Source: Catajapyx aquilonaris
Taxonomy: Eukaryota
Reading direction: 5' to 3'
Assembly (NCBI GenBank): GCA_000934665.2
Contig: KZ538742.1
Span: 1 to 50,095, forward strand
DNA length: 50,095 bases
Positions 39,201 through 50,095 of this stretch are shown piece by piece (the first letter of the stretch is position 1; every line of letters begins with the position of its first letter). The notes below the pieces were generated by a model, which worked only from the letters and a program-made list of their open reading frames with translations, was not told the origin of the DNA and did no database searches. The position numbers and the translations under genes are program-made.

Positions 39201-39854
39201 CACTCACAAGGGAAGTGTCTGTAGGGCCATCGGCCAATCGGCCCGAAAATGACACTAGGGGTAAATCGCAGGCCAGAAATTCATTGGTGAAAGTAAAAAA
39301 GTCGCATTAGCCAAGCGTTTTCGAGATATGGGCGACTATAGGTGCCCGGCAAACACGAATAAGTTATTATTTACTGAGCTTGTGACTATTAATTTTTCCG
39401 AATATGAAGCCATGGAGAGAGTAGGTAAGCATCGGCAGAAGAAAAAAAAGTAATACACTTCCCAGCAAGCTGTTTATTTATTCCTGTTGATTGCAAAAGG
39501 GAAGATATGCGGTGATAAACGGTGTTGGGGAAGAAATAAAAAGAAAACGATGCTCCGAGACGAGAGAGGGAGGGAAAAGAAGTCGCTTCCCGCGGACTTG
39601 AACGCGGAGACTTCGGATCATGACACGGACGCGCTACCGACTGAGCCACGAAGACTGTTTATAATTTCTTCTGCCGAATGCGCCCCATTGTCACCGAGCA
39701 GGTTTGCCGGGCACCTATAGTCGCCCATATCTCGAAAACGCTTGGCTAATGCGACTTTTTACTTTCACCAATGAATTTCTGGCCTGCGATTTACCCCAAG
39801 TGTCATTTTCGGGCCGATTGGCCGATGGCCCTACAGACACTTCCCTTGTCAGTG
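39201..39854. mobile_element. 654-bp CACT-ended element with ~154-bp near-perfect TIRs
   Basis: 39201-39354 versus reverse complement of 39702-39854, only a few differences; TSD ambiguous (act / aat). Confidence 0.9.
39582..39655 (-). pseudogene. tRNA-Met-like pseudogene / Pol III cassette inside the TIR element
   Basis: gtcttcgTGGCTCAGTCGGtagcgcgtccgtgtCATgatccgaagtctccgcGTTCAAGTCcgcgg: A box, B box, CAT in the anticodon position; stems degenerate. Confidence 0.65.
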
Positions 39855-42800
39855 AATCCTATATATAATGCATCATAGGCTGAGAGAGAACACTTTTGAC
39901 GAAGTTTTCAAGTGCTGTCAATGAATACTTCTTAGTTGTAACGTCAATATAAATCAGTTTTGAAAGCAGTGTAATGTGTGATCTGTATGTAACTTGATGT
40001 CATATTGATCGTTCTTGTAGCCATGCAGTGATGATCACCGTAGGTACTTGTACGTCTCCATGACAATTAACATGACGTTGCACATATAGGGCACGATATG
40101 GCTAAGTCCATTAGCTAGCCAAGCTTGAAGGTAGAATCTCGACTGCAATACCAGTACCTTCGGCTTTCTTATTTTTTTGAGGTGTGCCCGAGACAAACTT
40201 GCGATATAATTTTAATACTTATGATATAGCTTGATGTCACTGCGTATATTTCACATGACTGTTACAGTAAAAGAAAATTGGTAGTATCTGCTGATTTGGA
40301 GGTATTTAGTGAATATCACGCTGCGCTGTTCCTTTACCGTGGGGGTCATTCATACATTACGTACAACACTGCTCGAGAAGGATCCGCCTTTCGTAACTCA
40401 CAAGAGATTGGGTGCAACTGCTCTCGTGTAAACCTTGTAGTCATCAAAATGAAAATGAGGTAAATTTATAAAGGCGACCCGCACCGCCGAATAATTATTT
40501 TGGGCGTATAATCATATAAACGGCAACAGTAGTAAAGGAGAAAATAATATTAGACTCGCATTATGTAAAAAATCAGTGAATGCTTGTAACATTATGTGAA
40601 AACGAGGAATTGAACAACCACGCATGACTGAGAGTGTCGTCTACCATTGAGTCTGAGGTTCTGGCGTCTCTATGAGGTTTTTTAGCTTTACAAACCTTAT
40701 CGTGGACTATTTTCGACACTTTCAAACTGTCGGTTTCATTTTGCTAGAATTATGTTAACATCGTTTTTTTATGTTTTTCTTTGTTGATGACATTCCAATT
40801 TTGTAGTACTTATAAATGGGGCCAGTTTGGCTATTTTGTCGTTGAGATAAAAAGAAATTACTGCCTATTATAATTTTGGAGACCTACTTGCAAAACATTT
40901 TCTAATCTACATGCAAAGCAGCCGGAATTATTTATCATGTCCTGCAAAACACGACCAATATTATATCGCCAACCCTATTGAAATTCGAAGTATGACGTCT
41001 TTACGACTCCGAAAATGCCTATACGTCAAAGAAGACTCCATGCGAATAGTCTCACGTCGAGAAGGCGCACGCCCAATTGTCGTAGACCCCGTTAATAGAG
41101 CAGTAAAGCTGTCTACATAATTTATGGATGACTCCTTCTGAATATACCTAACAGCTTTTCATCTACCACTGACATTTGATCGATGCTGACGTAATTAAAA
41201 TATTTTACAATGGACAATTTTCATTTGCATGATTCTCAGCAATTTCTGAAATATAAGGAGCCTCCTCCTTTCGCCTCCCTCAATTTCGCCCTAACACAGT
41301 AGTTACGCCTTTTGCACAAAGGTTGACCTTGTGAATGAAATCTATCTGAATGCGAATCTGTGTGAGCCCCCCCCCCCTCCCCTTCCCTCTCTTTATCATA
41401 AAATGCTCCTCGTACTCTGTTACTTCATCCAGAAGAATGCAGAAGATGCCGTATTATCTTCCTCGTATTTGATGGCCTTTTATTTGCAAGTAGAAGGAAT
41501 TCAGTAACGCCATAGACGAATATTCTTTCGACTTCAAAAACTCACAGAGATGGACCATTGCATTGTTTCTTGATATACCGACGGTGTCCAGAAACTATGC
41601 CCTCGGCATGTCTCGAGATTGCGGAGCGGCGGGTTTAGTTTTATAGATATTTTTCTATGGCTTTATTATCTTCTCGTAAAAATATTGACGTGAAAACTTA
41701 AAATTACCTAGTAGTATAGGCCTACCCATCTCTGCCAGAATTGAAATAGTACTTTTATATAATATCTGGATATACCTGGCAGTGCAAGACAAACTCTCCG
41801 TGCCCTACGTTATGAAGCTAATCTCAATAATTAATAATGTCGAATTCCAGCCATAAAATGCTGTATGTCTGGTAGCCTATTATAGTTGCATCTGTTTTCA
41901 TGTAATTGCGACTATAATGAGCTACTATTAAATTACAATGACGATTTTTTTGAGAATTTAAATGAGCCTTCATTACAGGACTTGGGGAGTTGATCACGAA
42001 CTGCAGGGTTTATTTTCTCTGACTTGTAACTTATGCATTGATGTTAAATTCTTGACTTCTATTGGTGTGTGGTATTTGAGCCTGCCTCTTAAGTATTCTT
42101 CAGTTTATAAATACTCAAACTTTTCTCTCTATTACTATGCTTGGCCTTCTCTATACCTTGATATAAGCAAGTATTCGATATCTTAGACTCGTCGACAAAC
42201 CGCTGAATTTTCTCCGTAATTCAGAATACTAGCAGAAGAGCGAGGTACATTTTTTGATGCAGCTATTTTGATGCAATGGGCACTTTTGTGGTTTTGGCCC
42301 CTCCGGAAATTTTGTCCGCGCTGATTTTCCCCCCCCCTGTTGTAATCAGACAACGTTAGGGCATTTCAAGGCAATTTTCTCTTTCTTAATCAACGTGAAG
42401 GGAACTAGGATTTATAGCAAAATCCACGTAAGAATCTTCTCATTTCTTTAGAAATATACTTTTTAGATGAGTGTAGACAGCATGTATCCGTGTCAAAAGA
42501 GTAGTTCTATCGTGTGCGTCTTTTTTTGCATGCCTATTACACCGCCTTCGCTGTCGTGCTTGTGACTTTTGACATTGCAGATCGTCGTGTGAAGACAAGG
42601 AAGCCACCCTTGGCATGTTCAAACTCCACCACGGGCTTGGGCATTATCAATAAATGACTCCAACGGGAACCAGTGGGTGGGTGTGTGACTAGACCACCAA
42701 CTGAGTCGATTTCTCGTCGATTTTCCTTATTGCTGCCGATACCACGTTGTCCTATGGTAGAGAAATCGGATCTGAAATGTCGGCATCTTGATCAGATATC

Positions 42801-43233
42801 AGTGTTGTACTAGATTGGTTTTTGAATCAGAGTTGCAATTTTAAATACGAATTAAGTGGCCATCAAAGATATCGCCTGGTTATTGAAAGTCGGTATTACT
42901 CGAACATGCCCTGATTTGAGTGCACTATAGTGTATATGGCGTAATGTTTGTGTTATGCTCCTAAATATATTGCCGTGTGAACGCTGACGTTTTCTTTCTC
43001 GTGTCGCTGTCACGTAGCTTTTTGCATGTGTCTTGGGGACAAATAATATATTGTTCACATAATTATGCTGTGAATCTAAATTCGCGGATGATATTTCAGG
43101 GGTGAACACTGCCTCTTCAACATAGGGCCGTAACTCTTCTCTCAGCTCTAAAGTATCCTCTGTTATCGTTTGCTTTGTAACATGAGCCCGTTACAATTAT
43201 TCGTAGTGTACACGTATATCGTCGGTATACGAG

Positions 43234-43447
43234 GGAGATGAAGTGGCGCCGCGGTAACGTGCGCGCCCACGGATATGAAGGTCCCGGGTTCAATCCCCAC
43301 CCGGGGTTCCCACCTTTATCCGTGCAGAGTTGGGCCATCTCTGGCTTCATTTCGGGTGGAAATTTCCTAAAGACTAATCCACCCGGGGGAGTTCACAAAA
43401 TGACCACTCAACGACAGCGCACATGCACTTTGCACATCCCCTCCTAC
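43234..43447 (+). mobile_element. tRNA-derived SINE (copy 1)
   Basis: A box tggcgccgcgg, B box ggttcaatccc; body homologous to 44144-44363 on the minus strand. Confidence 0.8.
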
Positions 43448-43988
43448 CTACCCTTGGAGTAACTAATAAGATCTTAACTAGCTCCAACAAATCCGATTGT
43501 GGTAATCCACCCCCCCCCCCCAAAGGAGTAGGTATCTCCCTAAGTGGGGTAATGAAAAAAAAAATCGTCGGTATATACAGTGGACATATAATACATATTA
43601 CTCATATCAGAAACCCCCACGCGCGAAACGGTCCAACCTGCTCATTGTCATTCTCCTACAAAAACAAGTTGCGTACGATATGTCGGGATTAAGTTAGGCA
43701 ATAAGGTCCACTGTATGCACAGGAGCGTATATTAAGCCCATGAAGCACCATATAGAGAAAAATGGGGCATGACTGAAACAGCTACAACCGGCATACCCTC
43801 TAACTCCTTCGCTATCAGATAGGCCCGAACCACACAGATTTCGGCTTACGTGTACTCCGAAGATACTTACAAGATATTTTACAAATAATAACAGCTATAC
43901 GTATCAGATCTGGGAAAACGTTATGAATGTGTGTGGAACAATAAATTTTACTTCTCTAGAAGTCCCGGATTAATTTCCAAAAGATGGC

Positions 43989-44036
<48 letters not shown>
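43989..44036. repeat. (TAA)n microsatellite
   Basis: Direct reading. Confidence 0.95.
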
Positions 44037-44099
44037 CCGGGTAGTGCTTGACCTCATCTGAGGTAATAGCACGGACCTTTATTTTATACTCATACATAC

Positions 44100-44363
44100 A
44101 TCGGAACTTTTATACGTAACGCCGGGCCCACGGGCAGGATGACAGGAGGGGATGTGCAAGGTGCAGTGCAATGTCTTTATGTGGCCATTTTTAGTGAACT
44201 CCCCCGGGTGGTTTAGTCTGTAGGAAAAACCACCCGAGACGAAGCCTGAGGTGACCCAATGAACTCTGCACGAGATGAAGGGGGTGTCCCCGGGCTGGGG
44301 TCGAACCCGGGACCTTAACATCCGTGGGCGCATACGTTACCGCAGCACCACTCCGCCTCCGGC
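44100..44363 (-). mobile_element. tRNA-derived SINE (copy 2)
   Basis: Minus strand gccggaggcggagTGGTGCTGCGG..GGTTCGACCCC; 3' boundary approximate. Confidence 0.8.
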
Positions 44364-44820
44364 AAAAGAGGGCTATAAAAACTCGAAATTGGAGTACTGC
44401 CGACCAACTGTTAAGCGAATTTAATTATTTAATGCGTGAAAATATGCGGAATAACAACCTTGAGAACCATGCCAAAAGATTTGCTGAAATCGTCGTACTC
44501 TGCGAGAAATAAATTAATACTTATTTGCGGTTTTATGGCACTTCGGAAAACTCCCAATAATGAGGATGAGATGAATTTGCTGAAATCGTCGTACCTCATG
44601 AGAAACAAATAAATGTGGGAGTTCTCCGAAGTCTTCCCAAGTGCCAGAAAGCCGCAAATAAGTATTGATTTATTTCTCGCAAAGTACGACGATTTCAGCA
44701 AATTCTTCTGGCATGGTTCTCAAGGTTGTTGTTCCGCATATTTTCACTCATTTTATAATTAAATTCTCCTAACAGTTGGTCGGTAGTACTCCAATTTCGA
44801 GTTTCTATAGCTCTTTTTTT
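44364..44820. mobile_element. Foldback element, ~190-bp arms
   Basis: gctataaaaactcgaaattggagtactgccgaccaactgtta mirrored by taacagttggtcggtagtactccaatttcgagtttctatagc. Confidence 0.85.
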
Positions 44821-45974
44821 GGAAACTGATTCATGGACTTCTACTTATAGACAAGTAAAATTGTTCCAGACACATTCATAACGTTTTCCCAGATCGGATA
44901 AGTATAGCTGTTATTATTTGTAAAATATCTTGTCAGTATCTTCGGAGTACGCGTAAGCCGAAATCTGTGTGCTTCGGGCCTATCTGATAGCGAAGGGGTT
45001 AAAGGTGCAACATGGCGATCGTTTGTAAGTGAAACCACGCCAAGCTTTTCCGGACAAAAGCGACTACAAATTCTATAGACTCGTATGCGTCTGTACTCTG
45101 CTCCTACAAGACTGAAACTGCAGTGTAAACGCTTCTGTACTCTTCTGAAGCTGCAGTATATATCGCTGTAAAACAAAGAGAAAATGAAAGGCTTACTGTT
45201 AGTAGCAGACTTTCGGTGCTGCATTGTTATAACTACTCAGTTATTTTCAATAGCCCTCTGAATGCCGTCCGTGCCTCGTCAGAATGGCTATTGGACACTA
45301 TCCATTTTATAATACGTTCGACTGAGCGATGTGAATTAGTAGAGCCGAGTTGAGCGGTCCATGTGCCATTCAATTGAAGGTTAGTTGAATTCAGGAAGGG
45401 GGGGAATGAGAATGTGAAATATTGATCCCGGCACTTGAGGCTGGATATACTATTGAACCTGCATGCTAAATTTTCTAGTAGCGCATCTCATATATGCCTT
45501 GACTCGTTACAGCATCGGGCCAAGAACATGCAATTTGTATTTGGCGCCTTCCAAACGGGCTGAGTCGCATCGAGCGCTATTACCGTGCCGATCTGCACGC
45601 TTTGACGAATATTTACAGCCTCGCTTTTGGTCCGGACAGTATATATACGAAACAGTATATAGCCTACTCGTAGTGTAACTGTTGCGGAAAGTTAGACTTT
45701 ACGATTATATACGCGCGTCACCACTATTCTAAGCGTTACACCATAAGATGAGCTGAGGAAATTGCCACCAACGAAACAGTATGAACAACTTGCACGCAAA
45801 ACTCGCCAATTTGGATGTCGTGACACTAACTGAATAAGTAGAGGCACATAACAGAGTAATATCGAAGAAATAATGCCAATTTCTAGGCCTTGGTGGTGGA
45901 GTTTTCATGCAGGGTTTGGATTCCATATGTTTGTCATAATTTGGCGATGCTTTGACCATGCTCCTTTTGGCCAG

Positions 45975-46109
45975 AAGTCGTTCACCAGCGCCAAGAAGGC
46001 CCCGGTCGTAGCTGATAAAGAGGTGCCCCACAACATGAGCAAGAGAGATGTGATTCGAGCCACGGACTTCAACTTTCTTATGGTTCTGGGGAAAGGTAGT
46101 TTTGGAAAG
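45975..46109 (+). CDS. Pkc53E: PKC exon, hinge and Gly-rich loop: KSFTSAKKAPVVADKEVPHNMSKRDVIRATDFNFLMVLGKGSFGK
   Basis: ggccag acceptor, gtaaag donor, 135 nt, GxGxxG motif. Confidence 0.94.
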
Positions 46110-46181
46110 GTAAAGGCCTCTCATCACCTGCTGATTGAAGATGTGTAAAGAAGGAAATGACATTATCGGGGGTTTCTCCAG

Positions 46182-46355
46182 GTGATGCTGGCGGAGAGAA
46201 AGGGCACTGACGAACTCTACGCCATCAAGATTTTGAAGAAGGACATCATCATCCAGGATGACGATGTAGAGTGCACCATGGTAGAAAAGAGGGTTCTGGC
46301 TCTTTCTAGCAAGCCGCCTTTCTTGGTGCAACTCCATTCATGCTTCCAGACCATG
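46182..46355 (+). CDS. Pkc53E: PKC exon, kinase N-lobe: [58 protein letters not shown]
   Basis: ttctccag acceptor after a 72-bp intron, gttagt donor, 174 nt; catalytic Lys (AIK) and alphaC Glu present. Confidence 0.98.
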
Positions 46356-47250
46356 GTTAGTGAGTATGTATGCATGTTCCTTTCTTTGACTCAGTAGTTT
46401 GCCATCAACAATATTGTTGACAGGTAGCCAGGTAAATATGTTTCATTGCTTTCTTCAGCCTTTATACTCTACAAGTGATCAGATCAAAGGACGAGAGACT
46501 CAGTCTGATATTATGACTACGAGGTAATTGACACTACGAGGTAATTTGGACTGAGATAAGAAACACATGTACGAGATTCGGTCCCAGACAAACCCAGTTA
46601 CACTGTTTACTTTGTGACTGCAGTGCCAACCTGTCAATTTCCTGATCAATAAGCGCTTTTGGGAAGGGTTGTTCACACTGTTGGGGACGTTTTGAAATGT
46701 AACTGTTTTATAACGATTTAATTTGATGTAAAACTAGGCAGGATTAAGAATTCCACGAATTCCTTGCAGTAGTGTAGGTCTTCTCATTGATTTGTATGCT
46801 GTGTATTGAAGGTGCTTCAAGTACGTCATCTTCCCACATTACGGGATTTATTGTGTTCCAATAATTATTTTTAGATACTGTAAATTTAGCCCACAATGCC
46901 TAAAATTGTGGGAACTAGTATTGGGGAAAAAGAGTAGCTGTGAAGAAGTGGTATAGGCCTACCACTTCTTCGCAGCTACACAGCTACTCTTGTGGCATTT
47001 CCAAAGCTGCGGAGGAGGGACATGATTTTCTATGCTATGCTGAAACTTATTACATAGCTTCCTCATTCATGTTTTCAGTTCTAAACAAAGTTAATTATAC
47101 TCAAATTTTTAAATGGGCAGACCTAGAGAGCCTTGAAGAAGAGAGTCGACAACTTGTTATGTAAGGTCGTCTCTGATTGGCTAGAGTCCTTTTGGAGTGT
47201 TGACGCGTGTTATTTACGTGTCCTATGGGGTCCGCCATCTTGAATGGGTG

Positions 47251-47410
47251 TGGAAGCGGTATTCTAAAACCTTGGAAACGGCGGCTGGCTCTGATGTCAC
47301 AATTGTAGTCGAATGACCCCGCACAATTTGAATGCAGCCAGAAGGCCTGAACTGCAATCGTGACGTCAGAGCCAGCCGCCGTTTCCTGGGTTTTAGAATA
47401 CCTTTTCCCA
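47251..47410. repeat. Inverted repeat, ~58-bp arms
   Basis: ggtattctaaaaccttggaaacggcggctggctctgatgtcac / gtgacgtcagagccagccgccgtttcctgggttttagaatacc. Confidence 0.8.
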
Positions 47411-47478
47411 GCCCCCCGCATCTCCCTATCTCGCCCTACGGGGAAGGGCGTGAGCTAGAGCATGATCTTAGAATACTC

Positions 47479-47836
47479 AGGTCTGGTCACTCCCACTTAT
47501 CACCTGCCGGGGCGTTTTGCGTGAGGTGCTCACTTGAGAGCGCCATGAGTATGAGACTACAGCTTTTCACTGCTGGATTATGTGGCGACCCTACCGCACT
47601 ACGCTGAACTTAGGTAGAAGAGAAGCTACATGTGGGCCCAACATGACCGCCGGCGACCATGTTGGGTCCCCCATTGTAGCGCTTCCCTTTTGTACCTATA
47701 AAGTTCAGCGTAGTCCGATAGGGTCGCCAAATAATCCAGCAGTGAAAGGTCTCATGGCGCTCTCAGGTGAGCACCCATGCGAAATGCCCCGACAGGCGAT
47801 AAGATAAGACTGTAGGGGTAGTGTCTGTGGGCTGGG
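47479..47836 (+). repeat. Long-hairpin repeat family (copy 2)
   Basis: Hairpin spans 47496-47803; homologous to 6610-6917. Confidence 0.8.
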
Positions 47837-48609
47837 CGTGAGCTGAGTTGCGCTNGTTGCGCTCCCCCCCCACGGGAGAATGTTCTATTTGGCGCTCCTG
47901 TGATTCTTTTTAGCAACAAAAAAGCATCACAGGAGCATTAGAAGAGCATTAAAAATTGATGTTCCATGAAAGACTCACTATAGTGATGCTCTTTTTCTGT
48001 TTTGCGGTTTACAGTGTAGGGAACTTCATTTTTTTCTCGCAAAACTCGTCGTTAATCTGGGAAAACACTAATAAGGCGCCCTGCACAAAGGTGTAGCCTT
48101 TACAGTGATACCATACTCGACATGATCATATAAATTGTGGACATACGGCCACAGAAATGTGTCCGATTTTCACTCGATTCCGTCCGCCATGTTAATCAAA
48201 TGGACTTTTTGAAGACGCCACTTTCCACGAACTTCAACTTGCTGTAAAGGTCACTTCTAGGCCGAAAATGGAAAAAAGACAAACTAGGCGCCCTGCGCCA
48301 GATCATGTAACTTACTATTTTTTGGTGCAATTTCTGTGTCGATTGAACCATTTTTGCCGCCATACGGCCACAGAAATGTAGACAGGTCGAATCCACATAA
48401 TATACTGCCTATGCATAAGCAAGTTTGTTTGGATCCTCACCAATTATTGTTACCGTATTTTTGGTACTATGCTCTCTAGGCAGACCTATGTCACCATTGT
48501 TGTCATTAATAAATAAGTCAACAATGATGACATCAGAGAGTTGATTTTGTTTGGGATAATGTGCTATCGGGTTCAAATTGGCCACTTTATACTGGTCTTG
48601 AAGCAACCC

Positions 48610-48611
<2 letters not shown>

Positions 48612-48657
<46 letters not shown>
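48612..48657. repeat. (CA)n microsatellite
   Basis: Direct reading. Confidence 0.95.
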
Positions 48658-48660
<3 letters not shown>

Positions 48661-48810
48661 CTGTTCTTAATTAGCTGTGGGGACGTGAAAATTCCACTTT
48701 TTGAAGCTAGTGTAAACTAACCTAACCTAACCTACCCTACCCTACCCTCACTTACCCTCACTCACCTAGGCTGAGAAAAATGGACTTTTGTGAAACCCTA
48801 CGCATGAAAA
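48658..48810 (-). mobile_element. (TTAGG)n-bearing element (copy 3, truncated)
   Basis: gtggggacgtgaaaattc..gtgtaaactaacctaacctaacc..ctaggctgagaaaaatggacttttgtgaaacccta. Confidence 0.8.
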
Positions 48811-49462
48811 TCGGTCCCGGTTCCAATACCTACGGAAACAATACGGACGGGATAAAATACCGACGGAAAAAAAGCGGAAAGATCAAAATACCGACATCAG
48901 GAAAATACCGAAATTGAGAATACTGACAGGAGGGAAAGACCTACTAAAAATATGACCTATGAAGCAGAAATATTGAAAAAAAATATACTGACAAGGGAAA
49001 AATAACTAATGAAAGTAATATCGAAAGTTATGGAATTACGAAATAAAAATTGAAAGACAAAGTAGTACAAGACGGATTAAGGCGCATATAACGATATGAA
49101 GGCTACCCGTTCGAAAGACGGGATGATATGGGGAAAAAAGGGGTACAGGAGTAGGGTTAGCTGATTGCGGAGGAGAAAAAGGTGTCAGTCGTAAAAAAGG
49201 AAAGACGGAGAGAGGTGCAGTCATTGGGATACACATATTAAGCACATATTAAGCAATGGAAAGATGTAAAGGAAATGTGTTATTGGAGGAAGTAGTGAGG
49301 AGAAGGGGAAAAGTATAAATAGGGATTATAGTGTTGTCGAACAATAGAGAAAGTAGGTATTGCAGATGTATAATGAATAAGACCAAGTTGTATATGTGCG
49401 ATGTTGTAATAAAGGTTCAAAGGTGAAAATGGGTAGTAGATGTAAGTGTCTGTAGTTATTAA

Positions 49463-50095
49463 CCCTTTGATGGCGACGGACATCATATGATGTCCGAGCT
49501 TACATTGCTGGAGGGCCTACGGACATCATATGATGTCCTGAGATTTGCCCTGCCAACTTGGGTCATTTTTCAATTCAAAAAATTTCAACCTCACCGATTT
49601 TCTTCAAATTCGGCGCATATGTAGCCCACCCCAAGGGATGAAAAACGCACCTATAGTGACCTGATCAAAATGACCCTGTGACCCAATTTTGAGGGGGGCA
49701 GAGGTCAAATCATAAAATTTCGACCTCACCAATTTTCTTCAAATTCGGTCCATTGGTAGCCCACACCAAGGGATGGCAAAAGCACCTATAGTTCCCTACT
49801 CGAAATGACCCTGTGACCCATATTGGAGGGGGTCAGAGGTCAAATTTTGACCTCACCGAATAGGTAGCCCACCCCAAGGGATGAAAAATGCACATATAGT
49901 GACCTGATCAAAATGACCCTGTGACCCAATTTTGAGAGGGGCAGAGGTCAATTAATCATAAAATTTCGACCTCGCCGATTTTTTTGAAATTCGGTGCATT
50001 GGTAGCCCACACCAAGGGATGAAAAACCACCTATAATGACCTGATCAAAATGACCCTGTGACCCGATTTTGAAGGGGGCAGAGGTCAAATCATAA
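49463..50095 (+). mobile_element. Left end of a piggyBac-like element with a ~135-bp tandem array running off the window
   Basis: TTAA|ccctttga; palindrome ggacatcatatgatgtcc twice (49478, 49521); four tandem units from ~49580. Confidence 0.7.

Larger units (their letters stand above)
43804..44998. mobile_element. piggyBac-like element with ~160-bp TIRs and nested inserts
   Basis: cTAA|ctccttcgctatcagataggcccgaa ... ttcgggcctatctgatagcgaagggg|TTAA. Confidence 0.78.

Noticed and set aside
42580..42676. Possible cassette exon in the hinge intron
   Set aside because: The acceptor is plausible but all three frames hit stops, the required phase-0 frame after three codons
45729..46337. Longest ORF (202 aa, minus strand)
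   Set aside because: Antisense shadow of two kinase exons; no independent protein features
47847..47863. gttgcgct-N-gttgcgct direct repeat as a TSD
   Set aside because: Probably a contig-overlap artefact at a single-N join (other single Ns at 755, 6921, 29116)
49580..50095. Regular repeats as a CRISPR-like array
   Set aside because: Whole units repeat with no unique spacers; eukaryotic intron

Overview
Eukaryotic (invertebrate, probably arthropod) genomic DNA from a draft assembly with one 55-N gap and four single-N joins. The window lies inside one + strand gene, a conventional Ca2+/DAG-dependent protein kinase C (PKC alpha/beta type, Pkc53E-like). Eight coding exons can be read with GT-AG boundaries and compatible phases: 5982-6013, 13294-13376, 15893-16004, 25970-26098, 37766-37919, 38097-38325, 45975-46109 and 46182-46355. 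They encode most of C1A, C1B, C2, the hinge and the kinase N-lobe; exon 1 and the C-terminal exons lie outside the window. The other ~49 kb is intronic and dense in non-autonomous DNA transposons (TA-, TTAA- and 8-bp-TSD MITEs, many long foldbacks, several nested), tRNA-derived SINEs, microsatellites and two probable Tc1/mariner transposase fossils. Nearly all listed ORFs are spurious. I found no novel protein-coding system. The most unusual structures are a young 141-bp palindrome inserted twice at GTAC inside other foldback elements, a TIR element carrying a tRNA-Met-like Pol III cassette, a TIR family carrying (TTAGG)n next to CA/GT repeats, and a ~135-bp tandem unit shared by two differently ended elements.
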